A DNA stretch of 64,000 nucleotides from Cycas panzhihuaensis (taxonomy: Eukaryota > Plantae > Cycadophyta). Under the pieces are notes generated by a model. That model ran no database searches. It was not told the origin of the DNA and worked only from the letters and a program-made list of their open reading frames with translations. The DNA is taken from NCBI GenBank assembly GCA_023213395.1, contig CM041465.1, forward strand, positions 9,238,001-9,302,000, in the 5' to 3' direction. The position numbers and the translations under genes were made by a program. This document shows, piece by piece, positions 25,175-38,605 of the stretch (position 1 is its first letter; every line of letters begins with the position of its first letter).

Positions 25175-27169
25175 AGATTAATGACATTATTAGAGATCAA
25201 CTGCTAAGGACTCCCTCACTCAATGATGATCCATTTATGAGGATGGACAACCTTGGGATGCCCATATTTAATTCTGATGAGTTCACACACTTAGAGGTGA
25301 AGTTAGAAAGAGGAAGTCCTTCTTAACCTAACAAATAATAGTAAGCCACTTCCTTTAGTATTCAAAATATATATGGAAAGAAAATAATCTCAAGGAAGGA
25401 ATAACTTGTATGCCAAGGATGTGAGGTTCCAGATGATCAACAGACCCCTAAAGATAATAAGTATTTGTTCTTTAGAGAGGATAAGTTTATACACTAGGGA
25501 TGCCAAGTCTTAAGTGATAAAATAAGTCCTAAATAAAGGGGTGGGACCTATTCTAAAGGGACCAAATAAGAGTAATCCACATATATGTATAAGTCTAGTA
25601 TATAACTTAAGATTAAATGAAATAAGAATTATACACATAACATAATAATTAAATCATGTATAGATGAATGCATTTCTTTCCCTTTCTCTTGTTTGTCTTC
25701 TTTTAATGGATTATAAAAGAAAGAAACTAAACACACAACTAAAAAATAATTACAAGTTATTTCATAGTACTTATGGTTATCTGAGTTGTTATTTTTTCAC
25801 CTATTTTCAATCTGTTTATGACCTACTTACTAGAAAGTAAAAGAATATGATAATCTAAGAAACGTGCAATTACAACTTTTGATTCCAAATCAGACATTCA
25901 CTTCTTATCTTTCCTTTTTGTGAGCAAATAAGAAAGAGATATCAATTAATAATTCAACAAGTAATGTAAGTGAATGCTCCTTTCCTTTCCTTTTCCTTCT
26001 TTTCTTTGTTTATGTAAACTTAAGGACAAAAAGGAAAGTTACCAAAATATGAGGATAAGGTAACTACCTTGTAATAAAGCTATAAAGTAATATATTCACC
26101 TTCTTTTGATTACCACCACTTTAGAATAAAGTCAACAGAAACCATCATCTTTAAGAGAAAAATCTGAAAGTAATTTTAGAAATGTATTAAAATTCTAACA
26201 ACATTTCTACTACACATGAGGAATTTTGATAATAAAGGAATGCCTTAAGCTGCTCAAAACTCTATGGAAGAGAGTAAGGACACTAAACTAGTCAAAAGTC
26301 ACTTTTCTTACCATTTATCTCTTCACAAAGAATTAGAGTGGTTTGTTTAACTCTTTGTTGGGACCAACTTCTTTGTAAATTATGAATAGGTATATGAAAA
26401 AGGGGCTAAAAGTGTGATTAAGGGTTGATGGTAGTTAATATTATGGATTGAAATCAATTCAATCCCTTAAAATAATCCCTTTTAGTGCTTCTAATAATGA
26501 GAGATGAGATGGAGATCAAAACTAGTTTGATCCTTAAGTCATATCACTCAATAAACAAAAAGAAAACCAGTAAGCTTTAATAAAAAATGATAGAAGTAAC
26601 AATAAAAATCTTTTTTTTTTTTTTTACTTTTTTAAAATTAAGCCAAAGTAAATTACTCTAAATGATAAAATAAACATTAAACTATAGAGGAAGAAACTTT
26701 AAACTTAATAAAAATATGTGTGATGTGCCCTAGATTGACATTATGTTCCTATCCAATATTTTATGAAAAGAGCTCTAAACACCATAAGAATAAGAAACTT
26801 AAGAGCATAAAAGTTATAGGAGAGAAGAATATAGCCAAAGAACTAGTGGAAACTGACAGAAGAAGACCCAATAGGTAGGTGGAGGGGTGAAACTAAGAAC
26901 TAAGAAATAATTGATGATGGAATTAGAGGATAAACACAAGAGAACAAGTAAAAGAGATAACCAACAATTTGTAAGGAAGGTGGTATTAATGAACACTAGG
27001 GTTTTTGGATCCCATATAAATATAAGTAGGACTAAGAGGATTTGGCATACCTCTAAAGGTCCATTACCACCTATCATTAACAAATATCTAATAATATACT
27101 ACCATAAGATTTTTACCCATAATATGGTTATTGTCCCAATGTGGGTAATATTCACCTGATCCTCTATCC

Positions 27170-30100
27170 TATAATAAACCAATTTTAATTCACCTTATTG
27201 TACTAATTCTTCAATGAAGTGATGATGTGTTTCAATGTGCTTTGTCCTACCATGAAATACTAGATTCTTAGTCATTTAAATTATTCTTTAATTATTACAA
27301 ACCAACTATATAGGAGTAATTTATTCTTCTTATAAATCTTAAAGTAATCTCCTAATCTAAATTGTCTTATCAACTCCTACTACAACTACTTTGTACTCTC
27401 CTTCTACAATAGAAAGAGATATTATTGCCTACTTCTTTAAACTATATACTATTGGTACTGAACCCAAACTTAATGCATAACCTAGAGTAGATTTTATATC
27501 ACTCATATAACCTACCTAGTATGAGTTTATATAATCAATCAACCTATAATCCCCTAATGTCTTATAATACAAACCATACCGAATAGTACCTTTGAGATAC
27601 TTGAGAATCTTTTTGGATACTTACTAATGCTTTACCTTAAGTTTATGCATAAACCTAGAAACCATACTAACTACATGCATAATGTTTAACTGAGTTGAAG
27701 TCAAGTAAATAAGACTCTAAATCAACTACTTGTAAAGTGTAAGATCAATTGATTTAGATTCCTCAAACTTAAATAATTTCAACCCAACTTTTATTGGTGT
27801 TACAAGTGGATTGCAACTATCTATGTTGAATTTATGTAATATATCCAATATGTATTTCCTTTATAATACAAATATTCCATTTTCATCTTATCATACTTCA
27901 ATGCCTAAGAAATAATGCATAAGTCCTAAGTCTATCATCTCAAATTCTTTATACATATCTTCCTTAAACTTTTAAGATAAGTAATCATAATTTTTAGTAT
28001 ATACTAGGTCATCTATATATAAGCCTATAATTAATATTGAGCCTTCTTCTAACTTTATATATAAATTGGGGTCTGATTGGCTTCTTGGGAATCCTTTATC
28101 CTTGGAGTATTTATTAATTATAAAGGACCATGCTCTGGGTACTTATTTGAGTCCATACAAGGCCCTTTTGAGTTTATAGACCTTTTCTTCCTTTCCATTC
28201 ACTTCAATACCCTTAAGTTGTTGGACATATATCTCCTCATGTACATATCCATTTAAGAAGACACTTTTCACATTCATTTGATGGATTGTCTAACCTTGTT
28301 GTGTAGTTAAAGCCATGACTAATCTAATTATTTCCATCCTTACAATATGTATAAATATTTTATTAAAGTATATGCCTTTAATTTGAGCATAGCCTTTTGT
28401 AACTAATTGTTCCTTATATTTGTTAATGGACCCATTTAACTCATACTTGGTCTTACAGACCCATTTTGTCTTAATGATATTCTTTCTAGGTGGTAAATCA
28501 ACTAACTCCTATGTGTCATTCTTCAAAAAGGCATTGCATTCTTCCTTCATGGCATCTTTCCATTTATTTTAGTAATTTGCCTCTTCAAAGTTTTGAGGCT
28601 CATTCGATTCCATAACTTGAGTCATAAGTGCAAATTTTATCCTTTAAGATTTTGTTGTTCTTCTCTCAAAGTTTGTTTCTAAAATATTTTAGGGTTTTGG
28701 GTCCTTTGCACCTATTTTAAAACCTTTTACCTTGAAGTAGATGGTTCTACATCACTTGTACTAGGTACATTTGTACCACTTGAGTTAGAGTCCACTTCAA
28801 TCATAATATTTTTTTCTTTCTCCTTTTTAATAACTTCCTCTTAATAGAATTCATCTTATTTAAAGATGAGATCCCTACTCATGATGATTTTTTTACCCAT
28901 GGGGTCATATAATTTATAAGATCTTGATGAGTCATTATATCCTATAAATATATACTTATTACTTTTGTTATTTAGTTTTATCCTTCTTTGTTTAGGAACA
29001 TATGTATAAACTATACACCCAAAAATTCTTAAGGATTTAATGCTTAGTTTGTGACTTATCTGAGCTTCCTCAGGTGTAACCCATCTCATTGCCTTAGTTA
29101 TGCATTTATTCAACAAATAAATAATTGTATATATATCTTCTACCCAATACTCATTACCAAGATGCTTATCCTTAAGCATGCTTCTAACCATCTTAAAAAT
29201 GGTCTTATTCTTCCTTTCTGCTTCCCCATTTTATTGAGGGATGTAAGGATTTATAAGTTGCTTCCTTATCCTAGAGTAATTGTAATAGTCCTTAAATTCA
29301 TTCTAAATGAATTCTCCCCTATTGTCTGATCTAAGGATTAATATCTTATGCCCACTATGTCTTTCGATCATAACTTTGAAATCAATAAAACATTAAAGTA
29401 CATCTAACTTGTATTTAAGAAAATAACTCAAAGTCATTCTTGTAAAGTCATTAATGAAAGTTATGAAGTGCTCAACTCCTCCAAGTGAAGGGACATCCAT
29501 TGGCCCATAAAGATCTATGTACACTAGCTAAAGAGGCCCATTTGCCTTGTAATTATTATTAGGAAATCCTTTTATTTGTCGTTTGCCTAGTATGCAGCCT
29601 TCATATACTTCTTTGCTATATTTAATGATGGTAGACCCATTGTTATTTTCATTTTTTTCAGTAATGCTAAATTATTGTAGTTTACATGGCCAAGTCTTTT
29701 ATATTAAGTCTCACTATCCACATTAATTATTGCCTCTAAGTCATAATAACTAGTTGGGAAAATAATTAGTTTAAATAATATATCACTAATCATTTATCCC
29801 TTTTCAACTATTTCCTTATTCGTTAACTTGTCATTAATGGTATACTCACTATTATCAAAGATAACCTTGTATTTTTGCTCCATTATTTATCCCATTAATA
29901 GTAAGTTTTTCTTAAGTGTAATGACATAGGGTATATCATTGATACTTCTATTTTTTCCAAAGACTATTTGAATGGCTACATTTCCTTTACCAATTACAAA
30001 TTATATAGTATTATCTCTAAATATGATTTTACTTTTTTTGGTGCTATCTAACTCCTTGAACCATTCTTTTCTATGTGTTATATGAGTATAGCATCCTGAT

Positions 30101-30610
30101 TTAATAAACCAACTATCTTCCTCTTCATTGGCTATTATACTTAATAGAAAAAGTCTCTCATTTTACCTTGGTTCTTCAACTACTGTATTAGCTACTTCTC
30201 TTTACATGTTAGACCTTTTTGTAAAATAATTTATTTTCTAAGTATCCACTTCTATGACAATAGGAACAATGTATTATTCCTCTATCTTTAAGACTCATTC
30301 TTTTTTGTTCTTGATTCCTGGCCCTTAGACTTTGTCCTTTACCTCTTCCTTGAGGTCCAAAACCTTGTCCTTAGCCTTGGTTAAATTGGCCTTAAAAGTA
30401 TTATCTTTGCCCTTGACCTTATCCTTGATAGAATTGACCTTGGACTTGATAGTATTGTCCTTGCCCTTGACTTTGATAAGCATCACCTTCTCTTTGATGA
30501 AATTAACCTTTGTTTTAGAGGTTTTGTCCTCTTCCTTTAAGATATTGTCCTTTTTCCCTAGAACTTTGGCCTTTAAAGGTTAGCCTAATCTTTGACTTAG
30601 TGGCAAATGC
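27170..30610 (-). pseudogene. Element E gag C-terminus and pol, decayed
   Basis: WFIKSGCYTHIT (protease), integrase ORF 28856-29191, LYGLK*VPRAW (RT), VFHGRTKHIETHHHFI (RNase H). The RNase H end and PPT appear deleted at the LTR junction. Confidence 0.9.
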
Positions 30611-33600
30611 TGAAAAGAGTGGATCTATCCTTCATCTCCATGCACTAAACATAAAGGCAAATATGGGAGCAAGAGAGACTTGAGAGAAAGAAAGTAGCTC
30701 TCACAAAATGGGGAGGTAAGAATGAATCTCCTCTATTGAGCTTTTACTTTTATATTGAGAGAGGGAGCATTAGAGTTAGGTGAAATGAAATTACACATAA
30801 TGCACATGAAAGTATATTTCACTTAAGTGATCTAATTTAATATTCACTTAAGAGCCTTTTTCGAAATAATCAACTAATGTAATAACCTTATGATATTAAT
30901 CCTTTTCAATCTCCCCCTTAATGGTAGAAGGTCACTTCATCTTATTTGATTCAATCCTATGAGGTCTTCATTTGAGCCCCTTACAAAGTAAACTATTATG
31001 ACACTTTTTTGGGAAACCCTCATGGGGAAGAAAACCCACAAATTTTCTAATCTACTAACCTGGCTCAGGCGGCTCTTTAAATGAAGCCAGATAGCCAATC
31101 AATACAATGAATTTTGTAGCTAAAATCTATTGAGTCTCCATATATCATTTGGCCGTCCCTCATGCCCTTTCAGGTTTTCACAGGTTCTGATTTTCTAAAA
31201 TGATATAACCCTTATCCTTTCATGCCCACAAGGGGTTTTCACGACTGGGATAGAGCAGAGACTTACTCTTGTCCTTCTGCGCCCACAAGGGGTTTTCACG
31301 AATGAGACAGAGTATGATGGTCCTATTGTCATCTCCTTCAATCAGTCAGAGATGGAGGCCCTAAGGCCAAGTTACTTTCGAAACTATTCAAACTTTACCC
31401 TCTTTAGTAGTTTCGTGAAGATATCGGCCACTTGATCTGATGTGAGGTAGTACTCCAGTTGAATTATGCCATCATGAACTAGTTCTCTAATCATATGGAC
31501 TTTCACACTTATATGTTTGGTATGATCATGAAATATAAGATTTTTAGCCATCTGGATTGTAGATTGATTATCTACATGTAAGCTAGTAGAACTTCTTTGG
31601 GTGGTATTTAATGTATTCAACAAATTTTTAAGCCATATCACCTCCTTGCTTGTCTCAAAAGTAGCAATGTACTTAGCTTCGGCAGTTGAGTCTATAACTA
31701 TCTTCTACCATCTGGATCTCCATGATATTAGTGATGTTCTAAGAAATGTTACCTACCCAAACATAGATCTTCCTATGTCTTTATCTCCAGCAAAGTTTGA
31801 GTCTATGTATGCATAAATTTTAAATTCTGCATTGGGTTCATACAATAGACCATATTTGCTAGTTGTCTTTAGGTACCTCAACACTTGTATTACAGCTTAC
31901 TAATGATTCTGCTTAGGATTTATCATGAATCTTACAAGAATGCCAACAGGGTGTGTAATATCTAGCCTTGTGTTGGTAGTATATATGAGACTACCTACAA
32001 GTTACCTATAGAGTGTCGTGTCTACCTCCCTAATATCACCATCAACTAAGAGTTTAATATTAGGATCCATAAGTGTATCCACTAGTCGAGTACCTTCTAA
32101 CTGAAACTTTGTCAGAAGATCGTTGATATATTTTTCTTGGGAGAGAAAGATTTTGCCATTCTTTTGAGTTACTTTAATTCTCAAGTAATATTTCATCAAT
32201 CCAAGGTTAGGCAATTCAAAAGTTTTAGCAATGTCCTTCTTCAGCTGGCTGATTACCTATTTACTATTTCTCGTTATTAGCATGTCATCCACAAAGATTA
32301 AGAGGTAAGTGACTTTATCATTTTGGTACTTGATGAATAAAGTTACATCAATATATTGATAATCACAAACCTCATATCCAAGTTGCCTCATTCTTTTAGA
32401 TAACTTGGTAAACTAAGCACGAGGGGCTTGCTTTAGGCCGTATAAGGACTTTTTGAGCCTGCAAACCTTATGCTTCTGACTAACAATCTCGTATCCTTCT
32501 AGCTAAGCCATGTAAATTTCTTCTTTAAGGTCCCCATTGAGAAATACGGTCTTAACATTGAGTTGCTGGATTTTCCAACCTTGTTGAGTAGCTAAGGCTA
32601 TAAGAGTTCTAATTGTAGGCCACTTGGTTGTAGAAGCAAAGATTTCAGTGTAGTCGATGCCTTTCCTTTACGTGAATACTTTTGCTACCAACCTCACCTT
32701 GTATTTTTTTAGGGTGCCATCTGATCTGTACTTATTTTTGAACACCCATTTATTTTGAACTACCTTTCTTCTAAGTGGTAGATCAACAAGCTCTCATGTA
32801 CCATTCTTGATAAGAGATTGGTACTCTTTGTTCATGGCATTTCTCCAAGTTGTATTCTTTACAGCTTCTTGGTACGTTAGGGGCTCTTCATTAAGAGCAA
32901 GGTGCAATTTTGCTGGTTCAAGCTCAACGGAAAGTGATTCATGCATCCTTGCTCCATGGGCACTTTTAGTGCCAGTTTTGCCTACCTCATCTGGTCAAAT
33001 CTCCTTGTGTAGCTAGTAGGCTTCACAAAAACCTCAAGTTAGGAATGAGGTTTTTATTTCTATAGCCTCTTGGTCTTCGTTTTGTTCCGGAAAAGGATCA
33101 TGTGAAATGTTTGGCATGGAGGAAGTTGACAATGCTAGAGAAGATGGGCCAGCCACAGATGTTGGAGAAGATGATCCTTCTGCTATGGCTTTGCCTTTGT
33201 CAACTTGCCTATTCACAAATGATGGTGCTAAATGTGTACACATTGGCTAAGAATCACAGCTTGTATCCTCCGAGGCTCTATTGTTATATTCCAAGATTTT
33301 GAGTAACTTTTCAGCATCTCCCCCCCTAAATTTTAGAATCTGGACATCAAATTCAGTAGCATCATTAAATCGGTATGAAGGTGCCTTGGAGTGAAGTCTA
33401 AGTAATTGATCTTCAGTCTCTACAAAGATAACATCTCTAGTGATGATGATTTTATGTTATGAAGGTATGAAAACCTTGTATCCCTTTTTGTCCATAGGGT
33501 ATTTGACAAAGATGCCTTTGATGGCTCTATCTTGGAGTTTATTTCTATATTCCTCTAGAATATGAGTATAACAAGTAGAGCCAAAAATTTTGAAGTGGGA

Positions 33601-36600
33601 GATAGAGGGGATTTGTCCATATCATATTTCATGTAGAGAGGGGCCCAACTTAGAGGGACTAACAGTGTTGATGCAATACACAACAGTCCAGATAGCCTCA
33701 GCCCAAAGATAGATAAGGACATTCTTATATACCAGCATAGCATGAGCCATATTTATGATGGTCATGTTCATGTGCTCGACAACTCTATTTTGCTGGGGAG
33801 TACTTGCAATAGTGGTCTAATGTTTGATTCCATGTTGACGTAGGTACAATTTAAAATCATTGGATGTGTACTCGCCACCATTGTCAGTCCTGAGTATTTT
33901 GATCTTGAATCCAAATTCATTTTCTACACAGGCCTTGAAAGCTTGAAACATAGAAAAAGCTTCATCTTTCTTTGCAAGAAATGTAACCCATACTTTCTTG
34001 GTAAAATCATCAATGAAAGTAATATAATATCACTTCTATTTAAGAGAAGGGATGGGCATAGGACCAGATATATTTGAGTGTACAAGCTGCAAAGGTTAGC
34101 TAGATTTCCACTGACTACGAGGAAAGGGTTGTCTTTGAGATTTGACAATAATACATGCTTCACATTTAAAGGGCTTCGAGGAGAGCCTAGGCAAACTAAG
34201 AAGAGTGGCTTGTAGTTCTCTTAAACGGTCAATTTTGATATAGCCCATACGAGCATGCCATAAGGCCACTTGGGACAACTTTTGAGGAGTCAGGGTTATG
34301 GTAAAAGCAAAGTCATCATCAACATAGTTGGCTTCAGAGGATGGTGAGCCAGTTAAGCGAAAAAGTTTGCCATCAAGAATTTTGGTCATAACCACAACAT
34401 TTGAAGGAGGGTGAATGACACAGAGAGTTTGATTGTTTGCAATTACACTCAGATCAAATCCACGAGAGACAAGGGTGGACAGGGAGAGCAGATTCTACTT
34501 CAGAGTAGGAATATATAAAACATCAATAAGTGTAAAATCTGGAAGGCCTAGGAGTTTCAGGCAAACAATTCCAAGTCCTTCGACTGGGTGAGATGATTTA
34601 TCAGCCACATGTATAACACCATGAACTTCAGAGTCAAAATCTTGAAAGAACTGGCGATGACAAGTCATGTGTTGTGTTACTCTAGTATCCATGATCCACG
34701 ATGAAGTATTTGAGGTGGCACTATTTGCAACTCTAAGTGGTGAAGGCAAAAGTGAATAAGCATAACCACAATGAGCCTCAATATACTTAGTGGATCTATC
34801 AACAACATTTGATGAAGTGGTCCCAATTCTTTGAAGGTGTGCATGAGCAAATTGCGTTCCACGAAAAGTATCTTTAAAAGAAGTATTATCAACATTATAT
34901 GCACCATGGCACTGTTGATAACTTGGTAGTTTTTTGGTGGCAGTTTTATAATTTTTGGCATAATGTCCTTTTCTATTACACCTTTGGCTCATAATTATTT
35001 GATTTCCGGTCCAAGTATTAAATTTGGTTGGATTGTCTCGATTCGGATCTAGGTCCAGGTTGATTATTTTAGCCTTAGCCTTGAGACTATTTTTGTTGGA
35101 GTTGAGGAGCTTGTTGACTAAGAGGACGTTGTCCTTGTTGTCTACCTCTTCCTCTTCCATAGGGATTACCACCTCTATGAGAGCATTGACCTTGATTTTT
35201 GGTATAACAAAGATCTTCTTCCACTTCAAATGCAGCATCAACTGGATTTGATGTAGTGGCAAAGTTGGTATCAAAGGTCTTATCAAATTCAATAAACTTA
35301 TCAGCAAGATCCTCAAAGTTTAGGGTCTTCAAAGTGCCATTAGATTGAAGACTTCCCAATAGATTTTTATAATTTGGGATATGGAGACATGACTGAATCA
35401 AGAAAGGCCATGTAATGCATTAAGTTTTAAAATCTTTATCAATGGCTTGTTTGATTGGATGAAGGAGATTGATTGTCTCACTTGCATGTCCTTTTTGTAT
35501 TTTCAATTTATTCATCTTCAGCACTACGTGAACAAATTCTAAGTCTGATTTAGTGTCAAAGTTTTTCTTAAGAACTTCAAGAACTTTCCATGCTGTATCA
35601 TGTATAACTTCATCAATGAGATTATGTAGGGAATAATCAGTGACAAGTAGTATCCCTGCAAGGATTTTATCATCATCAAGTTCCCATTAGCGTTTTGCTA
35701 CAACTTCAGTGGGAGCAGTTGGAGCACCTCCTCCTAAAGCAACTGTGGTAGTTGTAGCTGTAACAGATGGTGTAGGTTGCAAGTGATCTCTCCATAGACC
35801 TTCATACTTTGCAATATTTCTGACACCAGTGAACCACATGTCCCAATTTTCTTTCCCTTTTAGAATGTAATTCACATTTTTCTTGAACTTTGAAGACATG
35901 GTATCTTTTTAGAAGGGAAGAAATGAATAAGAGACTATAAAAGTGATGGAAATAAATGACTAATCACTATTTACAAATAGGAAATGTAATGAAGTAGTGT
36001 AGCAGAAGGAAGAGGAAGTGAGAATGGTTACTCAAAGATGAAGGGAGTAACTTAAAGTCACCAACACTTGTGATAAATATTAACTTGACGCAGTAGGAAT
36101 ATGAGAAACACTATGATAAAAATTGACCACTAACACTTGTGGCAAATATTAACCTGACGCAATAGGAATATGAAAAGCACTATGATTGTGATTACATTAT
36201 GGATCACTTTTTACAAATAAGTAAGTGATCAATATACAAGATTGTAGGCCAATGTAGAAGCTGACATCATTGGGTTTATATAACTTGAAACTCAAATGTA
36301 GGATGCGTAATTGACCTAATAACCTCTAACTTGTGTCTAACATATAGTTGAAGTTGTTGAAGGGATGCCTAGGATTCTAGTAGAATTAAGTTGGCCTTCA
36401 GCCGCGATACCTGTAATTGTGCTTAGTGATGAAATCCAAGTCACATCGGAGCCCAAGTACTCTCAATCCTCACATAGTTCACCAATGAGCAGCTATATAC
36501 CTCCTCTAAAGAGTGGTACTTGCATACCCAGGGCTATGATGGATATTGGATTAGGTATATTTTAATCTTGTATTAAAGTTTTAGTTTTCCTGGTTGGTTA

Positions 36601-38226
36601 TCAAGATGATCGCTGATTGAGGCACGATGGTATGACTAACCAAACCTCACCAATATTCCGATTTAGTCTAGTCCCAACTTGAAACCCACACCTCCTTTAT
36701 GGCACAGCATTCTACCAACCAAGGTATTTCAACCTTGGTGAGTATGTGAATAGGTACAAGATGGTAAAAAATAGCGTACGTGATGCGTTCCTTTTAGGAA
36801 GAGTGAAAAGATTATTAAATTGCATCAAACATACATTTAACTGAAAATAGAATGCTTGCTTGGAGTGCTTGCTTGAAGTGTCTTTAGAGTGCTTGCTTTG
36901 AGTGATTTTAGAGTGCTAAAATGCAATGCTAATAAGTGAGTGAGGACACCAGATATTGCTCAGATCCAGGTGTTTTTTTCTCATTTTTACAATGGGCTTT
37001 TAAGCCTTATAAAAAGAACGAAGAAATTTTCTTCACTTTTTTTTTTTTGGTTAATACAAGAGAAAGTATTCTTTACTAAATTAGCAATAACTTTCTCCCA
37101 CGATGTCAAAATGGAGTGCTGGTTTTTGTGCTGCAAACTAGACTCAGAGCTTCATCTTCAGGAAGTGGAATCAGGTCCAAATGAGTTCTGGAAAGATTTT
37201 GGCAACCCCACAAAATTAGGAAATTATATTTTTCTAGAATTCTTACTAAATATAATTATTGTTCACTAAAATAGCAATAACTTCCTCATACGACATCCAA
37301 ATTAGGTGCTAGTTTTTATGCTGGAAAGTAGACTCAGAGCCTCATATTTGACAATTGGAATCACTTCAATTAGAGCTTTGTGGAAGATTTTGCAAACCTA
37401 TGAAGTTCAACAATCAAATTGTATTTCTGCAAAAATTTCAGCTTGCTAATATCTCATTAACACATGATACCATATGAAATTTCCATCATTTTTTAATCAT
37501 CAGGATCCCAATATGGGTAAGGTAAGAGCATACAATGATGGATATTTTAAATGGACTAAAATTCTTAAAAATAAAAGGGTAAAACCTCCCTTTACAATCA
37601 TTCTTCTAAATGCTGAAAATTTTTCGGTAGCATTTCCCCTTGTTAAATGGACAAAAAGAGGGGAAAGAAAACGAAGAATGAGATAGCATAAATGGCCACC
37701 AAAGGATTAGAATCCTTGGGCCTTATAACTCCTTATGTTATGCTTCCAAACCTGCAAAAGAGAAAGGAAAAGCAAACAATACAAAATATGCTATCATAAT
37801 AACTTAAAAATATTTCTAAATTTACTTTCACAATCTCCTTCACCACATGGATTGTGGAGGAGAAGGAAGTGATAGCTCCATTGTAAGTGTAATTAAGGAA
37901 TATGAAGGAAGCAAGCTCTGATACCACATGAAAAGAGTGGATCTATCCTTCATCTCCATGTACTAAACACAAAGGCAAACATGGGAGCAAGAGAGACTTG
38001 AGAGAAAGAAAGTAGCTCTCACAAAATGGGGAGGTAAGAATGAATCTCCTCCATTGAGCTTTTACTTTTATATTGAGAGAGGGAGCATTAGAGTTAGGTG
38101 AAATGAAATTACACATAATGCACATAAAAGTACATTTCACTTAAGTGATCTAATTTAAAGTTCACTTAAGACCCTTTTTCAAAATAATCAACTAATGTAA
38201 TGACCTTGTGACATTAGCCCTTTTCA
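30611..38226 (-). mobile_element. Element F: full-length decayed Ty1/copia nested in gag of E
   Basis: 298-bp LTRs at 30611-30908 and 37929-38226 (about 15 mismatches). PBS rc GCTCTGATACCA at 37915-37926. PPT rc ATCTCCCCCTTAAT at 30909-30922. Degenerate TSD AATGC/AATAT. E's gag reads LDH-AFATK across the insertion. Confidence 0.95.
31350..35899 (-). pseudogene. Disrupted copia gag-pol of element F
   Basis: MSSKFKKNVNYILKGKENWDMWFTG (gag), WIMDTRVTQHMT (PR), LWHARMGY, TFIDDFTKK, DNGGEY (IN), LYGLKQAPRA, IFVDD (RT), DQVADIFTK (RH). Confidence 0.93.
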
Positions 38227-38605
38227 AATATATGATCTAACGATTCATTACCTCTCTTTTTCTCTTAAATCCTTAGTATTTAGAGTTTTGATGTAGTAAC
38301 TCCTTTACAGGTGGTTTTCAAAGTATCTCATACCTCCTTTGATGTAATCACCTTAACGACTCTTAAAAATATATGGTCCTCCAATGCATAGAAGATGAGT
38401 GCTAAGGCTTCATTATCTCATTTTCCATTCTCTTTATAGGTCTTCTTTTGATCTTCAATAGCATTAGGATTAAGTTGTCCATAACCTTCTCACTCAAGTC
38501 CCATATATCTTTTGAGATAAAGATAGGTTTCATCCTATGACTCTAATTTATGAAGTTGGTACCATCAAATTTAAGTACCATTACATTGCTTGTGGTAGGG
38601 GCCAT
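38227..38605 (-). pseudogene. Element E gag N-terminal part
   Basis: MAPTTSNVMVLKFDGTNFIN*SHRMKPIFISKDIWDL, similar to C's gag start. Confidence 0.85.
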
